Part shown: positions 54,604 through 63,877 of the stretch, one piece after another | Layout: each line of letters begins with the position of its first letter | How positions within the stretch are numbered: the stretch's first letter is position 1 | Origin: an uncultured Candidatus Saccharibacteria bacterium | Lineage (GTDB): Bacteria; Patescibacteriota; CAZHWT01 | DNA length: 64,000 bases | Direction of reading: 5' to 3' | NCBI GenBank assembly: GCA_964554805.1 | Contig: CAZKPX010000002.1 | Location: 49,889 to 113,888, forward strand | Made by a program: the position numbers and the translations under genes | Notes under the pieces: generated by a model | The model's input: only the letters and a program-made list of their open reading frames with translations | Database searches by the model: none | Told to the model about the DNA's origin: nothing

Positions 54604-55530
54604 ATGATGGGGTTGATTGGGCGTAGGTTATTGGCCACCTTTAACCGTCTTGATGATTGGATGTGGCGAGTGCCGGAGAAGGTCACAGCTCAGAGCACAG
54701 ACCCTGTCTCTGATCCAGTATGGATTCTGAGGACCAGGAAGGTGTATCGAGCTATGGTTGAGCGAGTCTTTGGCTACGCTATCATCTGGTTGTTTGGCTT
54801 CGGTCGTGTGCGTCCACTTATGAAAAGTGGACAAGTCAACGTGTATGGTATCGAGAGATATTACGCGGCAATGGCTCAGGGCAAGGGAGTCATGCTGATT
54901 CCAAATCACGGGACTCTTGTAGAACCAGTCTTGTTAGACGGAATTTTTTGGAGAAAAATGCTTTTCAATCGAAGCTATTTTCCATTCCAAACTCCTGATG
55001 ATAGGCTATTTCCAGCCCAACTAAAAAACCTTTTTTACCGTTACGGACAATGCATTCCGGTAATTCGTGAGCGCATGAATAGCGACATGAATAAAGTTGC
55101 CGGACGGCGTATGATCCAGGTCCTGCAGGCTGGTTATTGTCTGATTGTGTTCGGCGAAGGAGGGCGTACTCGAAAGTACACAGAGCGCAATCAAAATTTG
55201 CTCAAAGGCGAGCTTTTGCCTAATGGCCGTCGCAGACAAATTTCGGAGATCAAGCGATTTGTTGGCAATACAGCCGGTGAGTCGGGCTGTCTTGTTATGA
55301 CAGTCTATATTGATTTGCCTGACGAGTGGTCATGGCTATCGATTGAAGATGCGCTTCGTCTATTGCGCAATGGTGATATGTCCGGAGTTAGTATCTACTT
55401 CGGCCCCGAGGCATTCTCTGTTCCTTGGTCAGAAAATTACCAAGAACAGAAAGTCATCATGAAAGAGGTTTCAGACAAAGTTCAAGAACACTTGCTGTTC
55501 CCAAGCAAGTTTGATAGCTACGCTGAATAA
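54604..55530 (+). CDS. Lysophospholipid acyltransferase-family protein (PlsC-like)
   Basis: Motif I-like MLIPNHGTLVEPVLLD (H-x4-E/D) and motif III-like VFGEGGRTR. Start placed at the ATG after AGGAG (the track uses TTG 54586). Confidence 0.45.
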   Translation: MMGLIGRRLLATFNRLDDWMWRVPEKVTAQSTDPVSDPVWILRTRKVYRAMVERVFGYAIIWLFGFGRVRPLMKSGQVNVYGIERYYAAMAQGKGVMLIPNHGTLVEPVLLDGIFWRKMLFNRSYFPFQTPDDRLFPAQLKNLFYRYGQCIPVIRERMNSDMNKVAGRRMIQVLQAGYCLIVFGEGGRTRKYTERNQNLLKGELLPNGRRRQISEIKRFVGNTAGESGCLVMTVYIDLPDEWSWLSIEDALRLLRNGDMSGVSIYFGPEAFSVPWSENYQEQKVIMKEVSDKVQEHLLFPSKFDSYAE

Positions 55531-55746
55531 TCTGCCTAGCTGAGAGAAGAATACAGGGCTCCCCATTCTGGGGAGCCTATTTTGTTATCTATTTTTTGAA
55601 AAATATCACAGTGAATGTCTCTGATATGGCTGCTCGTTGACAGGAGTGTCTATAATATTTTCAATACTATAACCCATAGGACTTATTATGAACGCTACGG
55701 CTAATACCCAGGAACGGGTGGTGTGCATCAAGACATTAAATAGTTT

Positions 55747-56175
55747 GTGGTATCTATTAAGAAAGTTATTTTGCTTAATCTGGTTACCATGGGCGTCTAC
55801 TCTATTTATTGGTTTTATAAAAATTGGACAGCGATTCAGTTGGCTGAACCGACTAAGATCTCACCAGTATGGCGCACTATCTTCTCTGAATTGTTTTACT
55901 GGTCGCTACATCGTCGAGCGTTTGCCTCCCTGCTCTATTCGTTTATTCAGCTATTAAAGGCCATGACTTTTGTAAATGAGCACTCTAAGGCTGAGGATAA
56001 GGGAAATCTGGCCACCGGATGGGAGACTTTTTGGATTGTGCTCGGGGTTGTGTCTAGTGCCTTAGTAATGGTCGGTGTAATAATTGCCATAATTCTAATG
56101 TCACTACCTCAGTTGCAGGGGTATTTTGATGAGGTAGCTGAGCAAGGAATTCTTGTTGAGGATTTAACCAAATAG
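55747..56175 (+). CDS. Membrane protein of unknown function
   Basis: 142 aa, 3-4 hydrophobic helices. Confidence 0.4.
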   Translation: MVSIKKVILLNLVTMGVYSIYWFYKNWTAIQLAEPTKISPVWRTIFSELFYWSLHRRAFASLLYSFIQLLKAMTFVNEHSKAEDKGNLATGWETFWIVLGVVSSALVMVGVIIAIILMSLPQLQGYFDEVAEQGILVEDLTK

Positions 56176-56425
56176 GCTAAAAGCTGTACAGAAGATGCGG
56201 ATTCTCGATTTGAAGGCTTGGACCCTGCTAATCAAGAAGATGTTGATGCTTACAATGCTGATGCAGATGTCTGTGATACCATAGTTGAGATCAGTAACAC
56301 GAAGCTGTTGAGGAATATCAGAACCTACTTGACGGTGAATCTGTTCAGCTGACAGACCGATTAAGAGCTATTTCAATATAGTGGCACAATGCCGGGTATT
56401 TTTATTCTGATATAGATTAGCCAAT

Positions 56426-56453
56426 AAAAAGAACCGCCTAGGCGGATCTTTTT
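56426..56453. terminator. Bidirectional terminator between convergent genes; palindrome CCGCCTAGGCGG flanked by A5/T5
   Basis: aaaaa-gaaccgcctaggcggatc-ttttt. The same 12-mer palindrome is the loop core of the REP-like element at 63380-63423. Confidence 0.55.
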
Positions 56454-56500
56454 ATATAGGTAAATGTAATCTTTGTGCAGCGCAGATTACTTATTTAACA

Positions 56501-56998
56501 TTAAGCGGCAGGTTGATCTACCTTTAATTCGCTACCATGAACAATCACGGCCCATAAGATAAAGATGTCGATGACGAACATCATGATTGACCAGAATGGA
56601 TATACGGGAACGAAAGCCATATTGATAACAGCGCTGGCTACAGCAACTAATACGGCGATAATACGGCCATACATATGACCATTGGCAAGTGAAGCTGCAG
56701 CTGTAAGAGCTATCAAGCCACCAATTATGTGTAGCCAGCCCCATGTGCTCGAGTCAAACATCCACACTGAGTTGGCTGTGACCATATAGAGGTCATTCTG
56801 AAAGAGAGCTACGAAGCCCGCTACCATATGTAATATTCCGACTAAGGCCAGCATTGTTGCTGCGAATCCAATCCAGCCTACCCAACCACTAACATTTGTT
56901 GTTTGGTTTGCCATACTATTTACTCCTTTATATTTGATAATAAATTCATTATGATTGCCTAATACTAGACTGTCAATATAGGTAATTGCTAATATCAA
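56501..56998 (-). CDS. Membrane protein of unknown function (4 TM)
   Basis: 165 aa, hydrophobic helices with Trp-rich loops. Confidence 0.4.
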   Translation of the reverse strand: MILAITYIDSLVLGNHNEFIIKYKGVNSMANQTTNVSGWVGWIGFAATMLALVGILHMVAGFVALFQNDLYMVTANSVWMFDSSTWGWLHIIGGLIALTAAASLANGHMYGRIIAVLVAVASAVINMAFVPVYPFWSIMMFVIDIFILWAVIVHGSELKVDQPAA

Positions 56999-57139
56999 GA
57001 TATGCTATATTACTAGTGTATATCTATTACATAATCCAGCGTTTATTATGCTTTATTTTTTACTATCACAATAATAAAAATGCGACTTCACTTTACAATG
57101 AAGTCGCATTCTTATTTACGTATAGGACATAGGTATTCT

Positions 57140-57466
57140 TTAGGCCGACTTGCCCTTAGCAGCAAGTATGCCTTTGATAGATGGACTTATATCTTTGTCG
57201 GTACGATGAATACAGCCTATCCAGCAACAAGGCCGACGTCTGCCTTCGAACATTTCCTCTGAAGTGCGGCGAATTCGGCGGGCTCTGGTTTCATCTTGAA
57301 CAGCGCTCTCTACCCAGCAGATAAACTCATTGCGACCAAGTGGAGTTAGGCTCTCCCACAACTCAAGAGCTTTGAGATCTGCCTGAAGTGATTGCTGAAG
57401 GTCGGTTGGTACGGTAGCATGGATTGTGCCGCCAGAAATTTTAATAGACATACTGTAATTATACAC
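57140..57466 (-). CDS. YdeI/OmpD-associated-family C-terminal-domain protein (short)
   Basis: LTPLGRNEFICWVESAVQDETRARRIRRTSEEM matches the C-terminal block of YdeI/OmdA proteins (...W...AK..ETR.RRI). Confidence 0.5.
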   Translation of the reverse strand: MYNYSMSIKISGGTIHATVPTDLQQSLQADLKALELWESLTPLGRNEFICWVESAVQDETRARRIRRTSEEMFEGRRRPCCWIGCIHRTDKDISPSIKGILAAKGKSA

Positions 57467-57649
57467 CGCCTTGTCAGCTGGTGATTATATATGGTTGTAT
57501 CAGAGGAGACTATCTCTTGGATAGATATGATAAAATTTGCTAAATGAATTTATTCTTGTCTAGAAAGAAGGGATAAGGTGGTGCGGCACCCCTGCTGATT
57601 TGTGGTAGCAGGGGTGCCGATACTGGCAAACAGATGCCGGTCTGGAAGT

Positions 57650-59017
57650 TTATGCTTCGGTCGCTGGTTGATGACGACTGTTGTCAATCCGCTGAAGTTG
57701 TTCTCGCAGATTCTCATTTTGCTGCCGGGTGAGCCAACCAAAGTCTAGCAAGGCGTGCTGGATGGCTTCGGTGACCGTCTTGCTTCGCAGTTTTCTGGCC
57801 ATGAACCGCTTTACTTGTAGTGGATCTAGGTTGACCAGGCAGGCAAAATTCGTAATGTTCTGCTCTCTTTTGGATTGATCGCCGCGGTAAATTGCTTGAC
57901 CAAGGGCTACCCGAATGATACCAATCCGCAGGGCGTATGCCTGCTGGTTACTGAGTTGGAGTGGCGTTTCAAGGTCTGCATCCTCCTCAAAAGATAGTTG
58001 CGGCGTGACGGTGCGAGGCTTGGAGGTTTGGTCCTCGATGTGTTGTAGTTGACGTTGCAACAGGCTGCGCTCTTCTGCTGATATCCAGTCTCCCTGGCCC
58101 ATGGCGATCAAAACTTTGTATATGATTCTTGATCGCTGTTGGCCTCTATTGAGAACCTCTGCAATTGTCCCGACGGGCAAGCCTGCTAGACTGTTGAGCT
58201 GATCGACAGCCTGATCATCTAGGCTGTATCCTTTGAGAAGCCCAAGAAGGCAACCTCGGACTACTTGTGCTCTGCGATAGTGAGCCATTTGCCCGCTAAT
58301 GGTCTGCGTCTTGTCGAGATGATCGACAGGAAGATGCCATGTTGGATATTGCGCCAATCGGCTTGTCTCCAACTCAAGCGACTGATGCTGCCTGGGGGTT
58401 GAGACTGGTTGCGATTGTTCTGACTTCGATGCTAGCTTGGATATCGGGTCGTCGGTGATTGTATTTTCCTTTGACTCAAGCCGTTGCAGATGTTCGTTGC
58501 CAGTTGTTCTTTGCGGTGCAGATGGCAAAGCGGAACTGGTTGCACGCGGATTTTCGGAGCGGTATTCTTCAGCAGCCAATGCTGACTGAACTGAAGTTGA
58601 CTCGTCGGCCAAGAATCGAGGCAACCTACCCTCGTAAGTTTTGGGGGTGTGACTATGCTCATACTGTATGGGCATTTTGTGAGGGTTACTATGAGAACTC
58701 TCGGCCAATTGCTCAGCCTGAATTTCAGAGAAGCTCCAGCTTCTAGCCAATTCCATGATGGCGTCTGGGGGTAGCGTAACTTCACCTCGAGCAATCTGAT
58801 GAAGGCTGTTTGAAGTTCTGTTGCTACGTTTAGCAAAGGCATGCTCAAGCTCAGCTTCGAATGTGTCGGCAGTGATCTGTCCCAATTCCTGGAGTCGCTC
58901 ACAGAAGATCGTGTATATCTCACTGCAAAACTCAGCAAAGGTCATCGTGGGGCTTGTCAGATATTGATTAAGGATCTGGTGTCGTTTATCCCAGGCGGAA
59001 GTCGTTGCCGTTACCAT
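57650..59017 (-). CDS. XRE-like multi-HTH protein, paralog of 34896..35810, with repeated 'GWL(T)..Q...L+EQLQ.I(E)D' modules
   Basis: N-terminus FCSEIYTIFCERL...SNRTSNSLHQIARGEVTLPPDAIMELARSWSFSE aligns with the 34.9-kb paralog (...SGRNLSSLHQIARGETPLNLDMARLLFLHWGFSE). There are two further HTH-like repeats (LAGLPVGTIAEVLNRGQ..; LDPLQVKRFMARKLRS..). Internal antisense ORFs are spurious. Confidence 0.5.
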   Translation of the reverse strand: MVTATTSAWDKRHQILNQYLTSPTMTFAEFCSEIYTIFCERLQELGQITADTFEAELEHAFAKRSNRTSNSLHQIARGEVTLPPDAIMELARSWSFSEIQAEQLAESSHSNPHKMPIQYEHSHTPKTYEGRLPRFLADESTSVQSALAAEEYRSENPRATSSALPSAPQRTTGNEHLQRLESKENTITDDPISKLASKSEQSQPVSTPRQHQSLELETSRLAQYPTWHLPVDHLDKTQTISGQMAHYRRAQVVRGCLLGLLKGYSLDDQAVDQLNSLAGLPVGTIAEVLNRGQQRSRIIYKVLIAMGQGDWISAEERSLLQRQLQHIEDQTSKPRTVTPQLSFEEDADLETPLQLSNQQAYALRIGIIRVALGQAIYRGDQSKREQNITNFACLVNLDPLQVKRFMARKLRSKTVTEAIQHALLDFGWLTRQQNENLREQLQRIDNSRHQPATEA

Positions 59018-59161
59018 GTTGTGCTTCTCCTACTATATGGAAAACGGAGGGGCGATGGGCGGATAGTAACTGATGGGACTGAGGCTGTCAAGTCATGCTT
59101 GGTTTGTTATTTTATGTTAGCGCAGTAGTGTAGCAATGATGGTTATGGTATAAAGAATTGG

Positions 59162-59971
59162 ATGAACCGCATACAAGCAGTTATTTCTGATGCAGACGGA
59201 ACTTTGGTCGATACTGTTCGATTGATTCGTCATGGTCAATATGAAACTGCAAAAGCTTATTTTATTAAACATGGTATTCCGGCTGGAGAAATTCCTAGCT
59301 ACGAAGCCTATGAAGCTTTGCTTAATAAGCTGGTCGGCGGATTTGCCAGAAACACTTTGGAGCAGACGGCTCGTGTGTTGTATGCTGAGTCGCCTCACCA
59401 CTTGGAGTCCATGGATTTTGAAGAGCTGCATCATATGTTGAATCCGGTTCAAGATAGCCTGGCCTTGCAGTATGTTAGGCCATATGACAATTTGGCCAAT
59501 ATGTTTAGAAACGTGGGCAGTCTTGGTCTGAAGCTGGCTATATTTACCAGTGGCACTCCGCACCATATTGTCAGAAATTTTGGGATTGCTTTGCCTGAAT
59601 TGGGCTTGGAGAAGCTATTTTTAGATATAAGTTTGGGTGATGACGATAAGCTGATCGTGTTTGTTAATCAAGTCAAAAGCTACTTTGGCCTATCAGATTT
59701 TGTTGTGATAACAGCAGCCGAGACTACTCGAGAAAAGCCGGACCCACAATGTTTGATGATGGCAATGGAAAGATTGAATGTGCATCCTGATCAATCAATG
59801 GTTATAGGTGATCATAAGGTAGATATGCAATCTGCTGTTAATGCCGGCGTGGAGACGCGGATTGGTATTAGTCATGGTTTTGACGATAGAGATTCACTAG
59901 AAAAAGCCGGAGCGACCCAGGTTATTGATTCATTGGAAGAACTGATGAGCATCTTGAAGCATTTGGGATAG
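59162..59971 (+). CDS. HAD-superfamily hydrolase (phosphatase)
   Basis: Motif I ISDADGTLVDT, motif II/III features (FTSGTP), and a terminal Asp pair in ...IGDHKVDMQSA. Confidence 0.7.
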   Translation: MNRIQAVISDADGTLVDTVRLIRHGQYETAKAYFIKHGIPAGEIPSYEAYEALLNKLVGGFARNTLEQTARVLYAESPHHLESMDFEELHHMLNPVQDSLALQYVRPYDNLANMFRNVGSLGLKLAIFTSGTPHHIVRNFGIALPELGLEKLFLDISLGDDDKLIVFVNQVKSYFGLSDFVVITAAETTREKPDPQCLMMAMERLNVHPDQSMVIGDHKVDMQSAVNAGVETRIGISHGFDDRDSLEKAGATQVIDSLEELMSILKHLG

Positions 59972-60066
59972 TCTTGGGATTTAGCTCCTTGTGATAAGAG
60001 GTCTAAACTTGAGGTCGTCATTCTAAAATAGCTATCTTAACAGAGATGGAGTAGTCTTTGGAACAA

Positions 60067-60591
60067 TTAGCCTTGTAATGACTTGGCCATTCTGATTTCT
60101 GAAAGTTGAAAATTGTTGTGCTGCTCTATCTTTGTGCCACCATCCGGCAGGTAGCCTTTTGAGGTGTACCACTTTATTGATTTGGCGTTAGTATCCAATA
60201 CCCACAGCGTGGATCGACTAAACTTGTGTTGTACCAGCCATTTTTCAGCAGCTTCAATTAGTCGAGAACCGACCCCGCTTCCTTGATGCTCAGCTAAAAC
60301 ATAAATACCATATACTTCTCCGGAGTTTGCTGGGGCATCTTCATCTCGAGATGTTCCGGCTGTACACCAACCTATAATCTGGTTGTCATGCTCAGCCACC
60401 ACATTGATTTTAGTCGGCTTCATGGCTTGGATAATCTCTTGCCAGTGCTTGGCTCTTTGATCGATATCTAGGCTGTCCAATAAATCTTGAGGCATGAGAC
60501 CTGTATAGGCAGTGTGCCAGGTTTTGACATGAACGGTGGCTATGCCATGGGCATCGTCTGCGCGAGCTGGTCGGATTGTTATGGAAGTCAT
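60067..60591 (-). CDS. GNAT-family N-acetyltransferase
   Basis: IRPARADDAHGIA...; acetyl-CoA binding block HQGSGVGSRLIEAAEKW (Q/RxxGxG/A). Confidence 0.8.
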   Translation of the reverse strand: MTSITIRPARADDAHGIATVHVKTWHTAYTGLMPQDLLDSLDIDQRAKHWQEIIQAMKPTKINVVAEHDNQIIGWCTAGTSRDEDAPANSGEVYGIYVLAEHQGSGVGSRLIEAAEKWLVQHKFSRSTLWVLDTNAKSIKWYTSKGYLPDGGTKIEQHNNFQLSEIRMAKSLQG

Positions 60592-60986
60592 CTTAGTATT
60601 ATCCCCATAAGATGATTCATTGCAAAGATACTGCTTCCAATAACAATAATGAGCACAAATACAATACGTAAAGTCAACCCAGATTGGCTTGGTTCTGTGT
60701 GTAGATTATGGTGATCTATGTATTTTACTGCACGTGAGATAAAGTAGATGATAATACCTAGCCAGGTGATGAAGGACACAATAATAGTTATAAAGAATGC
60801 CCCCAAAGCAATCCAAAAGTCCTGGATTCCTCCTAGACTAGAATGGAATAATTTGTAAAGGGGCATGTAGACCAGAAGTGTGAGAGCTATAGCTATGACT
60901 GAGCCGAGTCCAATAAAACCAAATAAGATACCGTATTGACGAAGAGTGTTATGAGTACTTGGAGTGGTGGTTGTTGAATTTGCCAT
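60588..60986 (-). CDS. Small membrane protein (3-4 TM) translationally coupled to the GNAT gene
   Basis: 132 aa, hydrophobic. Its stop overlaps the GNAT start (60588-60591). Confidence 0.4.
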   Translation of the reverse strand: MANSTTTTPSTHNTLRQYGILFGFIGLGSVIAIALTLLVYMPLYKLFHSSLGGIQDFWIALGAFFITIIVSFITWLGIIIYFISRAVKYIDHHNLHTEPSQSGLTLRIVFVLIIVIGSSIFAMNHLMGIILR

Positions 60987-61144
60987 GGTGTTTTAAAGAT
61001 TACCTCGATTGCGATCATTGAATGGCATGCTGTTGAAACTATAGCATAGCCACCGTTTGTAGAATAGTTATATTCGGGTTTTGTTCTGGTTTTATTGAAA
61101 TGTTTCTGCTATGATAATTTCTATAACTATCTAGGAGCAAATCT

Positions 61145-61597
61145 ATGGCAAAGCGCGAGCGATTTAAGATGTCTGTATCGGTGTTTTTGTTCTTGCGGGA
61201 TGGTAATAAGATATTGGTATTAAAGCGGGCTCAGACTGGTTGGATGGATGGGTATTTTAGTGTGCCGGCCGGTGCGATTGATGGTGACAAGACTTTGATT
61301 GAGGCGGTTGCCCGAGAGGCGCAGGAAGAAGTAGGGGTTATTGTTCAGGCTGCCGCTTTGAAATTGGTTCATACTATGCATTGCTTTACTGGGGAAGATG
61401 AGTGGCTAGGTCAGTTCTTTATGGCAGATAGCTGGCAAGGTGAGCCGCGGTTGGGAGAGCCTGAAAAACACAGTGACTTGCAATGGGTGGAGATGGATGC
61501 ACTTCCTGACGAGATGATTCCGTATGTTCGCCAGGCGATTGTGGGTAGTAGTCAGGGTGCGTACTATTCGACTTATCGAGATATTGAAAGTCATTAA
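61145..61597 (+). CDS. NUDIX hydrolase
   Basis: Nudix box AGAIDGDKTLIEAVAREAQEEVGV. Confidence 0.7.
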   Translation: MAKRERFKMSVSVFLFLRDGNKILVLKRAQTGWMDGYFSVPAGAIDGDKTLIEAVAREAQEEVGVIVQAAALKLVHTMHCFTGEDEWLGQFFMADSWQGEPRLGEPEKHSDLQWVEMDALPDEMIPYVRQAIVGSSQGAYYSTYRDIESH

Positions 61598-62202
61598 TGG
61601 CGGAAGTTAACTGGGATATACTGTACATAATGAAACAAGATTACCAAACTATTGAATTTAAAAACCCTCGCGAATGGCGAGGATGGTTGGATGCTCATCA
61701 CGCTCTTGTAGAGGGAATATGGCTAAGGATGAATAATAAGGATTCTGGAATAGAATCGATTGATTATGCAGGTGCGTTGGATGAGGCGCTGTGTTATGGG
61801 TGGATCGATGGGGTGCGCCGAAGCTTGGATGAGGTGTCGTGTGTCCAGAAATTTACTCCTCGGCGTAAGAGCAGTTTGTGGTCTAAGCGCAATATTGAGT
61901 ATATTGATCGGCTGACCAAAGCTGGGCTGATGATGCCGGCTGGATTGGCAGAGGTGGAGCGGGCTAAAATGGATGGGCGATGGGCGGCGGCTTATGATAA
62001 AGCAACTGACATGACTGAGCCTGAATACTTGTTGGTAGAGTTAGACAAGAGACCGAAGGCTAAGGCTTTTTACGAATTATTGAATAAAACTAATCGGTTT
62101 ACAATTTTGTGGAGATTGCAGACAGTCAAAACCGATAAAGGACGCCAGCAACGGCTGGATAAAATCCTGGCTATGTTGGAGGATGGAGAGAAGTTTCATT
62201 AA
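61597..62202 (+). CDS. YdeI/OmpD-associated-family protein (bacteriocin-protection-like)
   Basis: EWRGWLDAHH...WL..........ALDEALCYGWIDGVRRSLDE...FTPRRKSSLWSKRNIEYIDRLTKAGLMMPAGL...AKMDGRWAAAYD closely parallels B. subtilis YdeI blocks (CFGWID...FTPRKPKSIWSKVN...G.MTPAG...K.NGSW). The start overlaps the NUDIX stop (TAATG). Confidence 0.7.
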   Translation: MAEVNWDILYIMKQDYQTIEFKNPREWRGWLDAHHALVEGIWLRMNNKDSGIESIDYAGALDEALCYGWIDGVRRSLDEVSCVQKFTPRRKSSLWSKRNIEYIDRLTKAGLMMPAGLAEVERAKMDGRWAAAYDKATDMTEPEYLLVELDKRPKAKAFYELLNKTNRFTILWRLQTVKTDKGRQQRLDKILAMLEDGEKFH

Positions 62203-62227
62203 AGGCTAATACGTAAGAAAGGTTTTT

Positions 62228-62881
62228 ATGGCTCGAGAATTTGAAAAGATAGTTTATTTTGTGCGACATGGGCAGAGCGAGGGGAATTTGGGTTTAGTTT
62301 TTCAAGCATCCGATTCACCTTTGACAGAGCTTGGCCAAAAACAAGCCAAGCTGACGGCTCATCGTGTTGGCAAGTTGGATTTTGATACTCTGATTGCTAG
62401 TCCGTGGATTCGAGCCAAGCAGACGGCTGAGTTTGTTTCTGAGCTTACTGGTAAGGAAATAGTCTTCAGTGAATTATTTGTGGAACGCGTACGACCGACT
62501 AGCTCATCTGGGAAGTCGAGAGATAATGAGCAGGCGGTGCAGCTGGAAGCGTTGTGGTATGAAAGTTTGTTTAATCCAGAATTGAGAGCCGAAGACAGCG
62601 AAAATTATAGTGATGTATTGGCTCGAGCTGATGAATCTTTGGCCTATTTAAGCGCGCTGGATACTAAGAGTGCTGTAGTGGTAACGCACGGCTTCTTTTT
62701 GCAAGTTATTATTGCTCGGGTGTTGTTGGGTGACTCTTTGAATCCTGATTCCCTACGCTCAATACAGAAGCATATGAGCCATGAGAATACTGGCATTACC
62801 GCCATGGTCTATAATTTTAAGGGCAACAAACCAGGTTGGTCGCTGTGGATCTTTAACGATCACGCTCATTTGGCTGATTAG
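62228..62881 (+). CDS. Histidine phosphatase superfamily (phosphoglycerate-mutase-like) protein
   Basis: N-terminal catalytic motif YFVRHGQSEGN (RHG). ~217 aa. C-terminal His in VTHGFF. Confidence 0.75.
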   Translation: MAREFEKIVYFVRHGQSEGNLGLVFQASDSPLTELGQKQAKLTAHRVGKLDFDTLIASPWIRAKQTAEFVSELTGKEIVFSELFVERVRPTSSSGKSRDNEQAVQLEALWYESLFNPELRAEDSENYSDVLARADESLAYLSALDTKSAVVVTHGFFLQVIIARVLLGDSLNPDSLRSIQKHMSHENTGITAMVYNFKGNKPGWSLWIFNDHAHLAD

Positions 62882-62938
62882 TAATTACGGAAGTTAGTTT
62901 TACTAGTTTTGCGAGACTTTATCGCTTATATTTACCAT

Positions 62939-63277
62939 ATGAGTCGAGAAACTAAAACACTTAAATTTACGCCAAAGCTTATACCGCTGGTTTTGTCGGG
63001 CGAGAAATATGCTACATGGCGGTTGTGGGATGAGAAGATTATTGAGGTTGGCGATGAGCTGCAGCTGTTGAATAAGTCAACCTTGGAGCAGTTTGGTCTC
63101 GCAGTGGTTAAGAGAGTTACTGAAAAGCCATTAAGCGAATTGATGGCGGCTGATAAAGAAGGCCATGAAGTCTTTTCTAGCGATGAAGAGATGTGTGCTA
63201 CCTTTGCCAAATACTACCACAAGCCAGTCGGGCCAGAGACGCCGGTTAAGATTATTTGGTTTGGGCTGGTTGATTAA
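62939..63277 (+). CDS. ASCH-domain protein
   Basis: LIPLVLSGEKYATWRLWDE...GDEL is the ASCH beta-barrel block with a GxK-x-x-T/S-x-R motif. Paralog at 63578..63877. Confidence 0.55.
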   Translation: MSRETKTLKFTPKLIPLVLSGEKYATWRLWDEKIIEVGDELQLLNKSTLEQFGLAVVKRVTEKPLSELMAADKEGHEVFSSDEEMCATFAKYYHKPVGPETPVKIIWFGLVD

Positions 63278-63379
63278 TTTCTTGAGTTCTGGTTCTAGGC
63301 AAGGGGTATTGTAGGAAAGATTATCCCGAGCAAACCGTCTTTAATTTGCTAGATTAAATAAAATACGTGATTTAAGTGA

Positions 63380-63423
63380 TTTAAGATTTAATCCCGCCTA
63401 GGCGGCTGGGATTAAATCTTAAA
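63380..63423. repeat. REP-like palindromic element, second copy: 16-bp perfect inverted repeat tttaagatttaatccc / gggattaaatcttaaa with loop gcctaggcggct
   Basis: Shares the AGATTTAATCC(C)...GGATTAAATCT core with 388-439. Preceded by direct gatttaag repeats. Lies between the two copies of the local tandem duplication. Confidence 0.6.
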
Positions 63424-63449
63424 TCAAGAACTATCGCACCGGAGGCGAT

Positions 63450-63563
63450 GAGGTTGTTTGTTGAGCACAGTGGCCACGAAAATACTGGTATTCCAGCTAT
63501 CGTACGGGGCTTCAGTTATACAAGCCCGGCTGGTCATTGTGGATGTATAATGATCATGCCTAT
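63450..63563 (+). pseudogene. Degenerate 3' fragment of a histidine-phosphatase gene (duplicate of the end of 62228..62881), frameshifted
   Basis: HENTGIPA... then in another frame KPGWSLWMYNDHAYLVE*, versus the intact gene's ...HENTGITAMVYNFKGNKPGWSLWIFNDHAHLAD*. Nucleotide similarity is visible by eye. Confidence 0.5.
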
Positions 63564-63577
63564 TTGGTTGAGTAAAC

Positions 63578-63877
63578 TTGGTTTTTGATATGAATACGTC
63601 AAGATTGACAATCAAATTTGCAGAAAAATTGGTAGCGTCTGTTCTGGCAGGAGAAAAGGCCTCAACATGGAGACTGTGGGATGACAAGGATTTAACTGAA
63701 GGACAAATCATTGACTTGATTAATTCGGAAACTAATCAAACGTTTGCCATTGCTCGGATAACCAAAGTCTCCTGTAAGCAATTGGGCCATTTAACAGAGG
63801 AAGATAAGCGTGGTCAGCTGGGATTTGCGGATGATACACAGATGTGCAAAGTCTTCGCTAAATATTACCGAGAGTAG
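63578..63877 (+). CDS. ASCH-domain protein, paralog of 62939..63277
   Basis: LVASVLAGEKASTWRLWDDK...GQII aligns with the paralog's LIPLVLSGEKYATWRLWDEK...GDEL. The C-terminal ...CKVFAKYYRE matches the paralog's ...CATFAKYYHK. Confidence 0.55.
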   Translation: MVFDMNTSRLTIKFAEKLVASVLAGEKASTWRLWDDKDLTEGQIIDLINSETNQTFAIARITKVSCKQLGHLTEEDKRGQLGFADDTQMCKVFAKYYRE

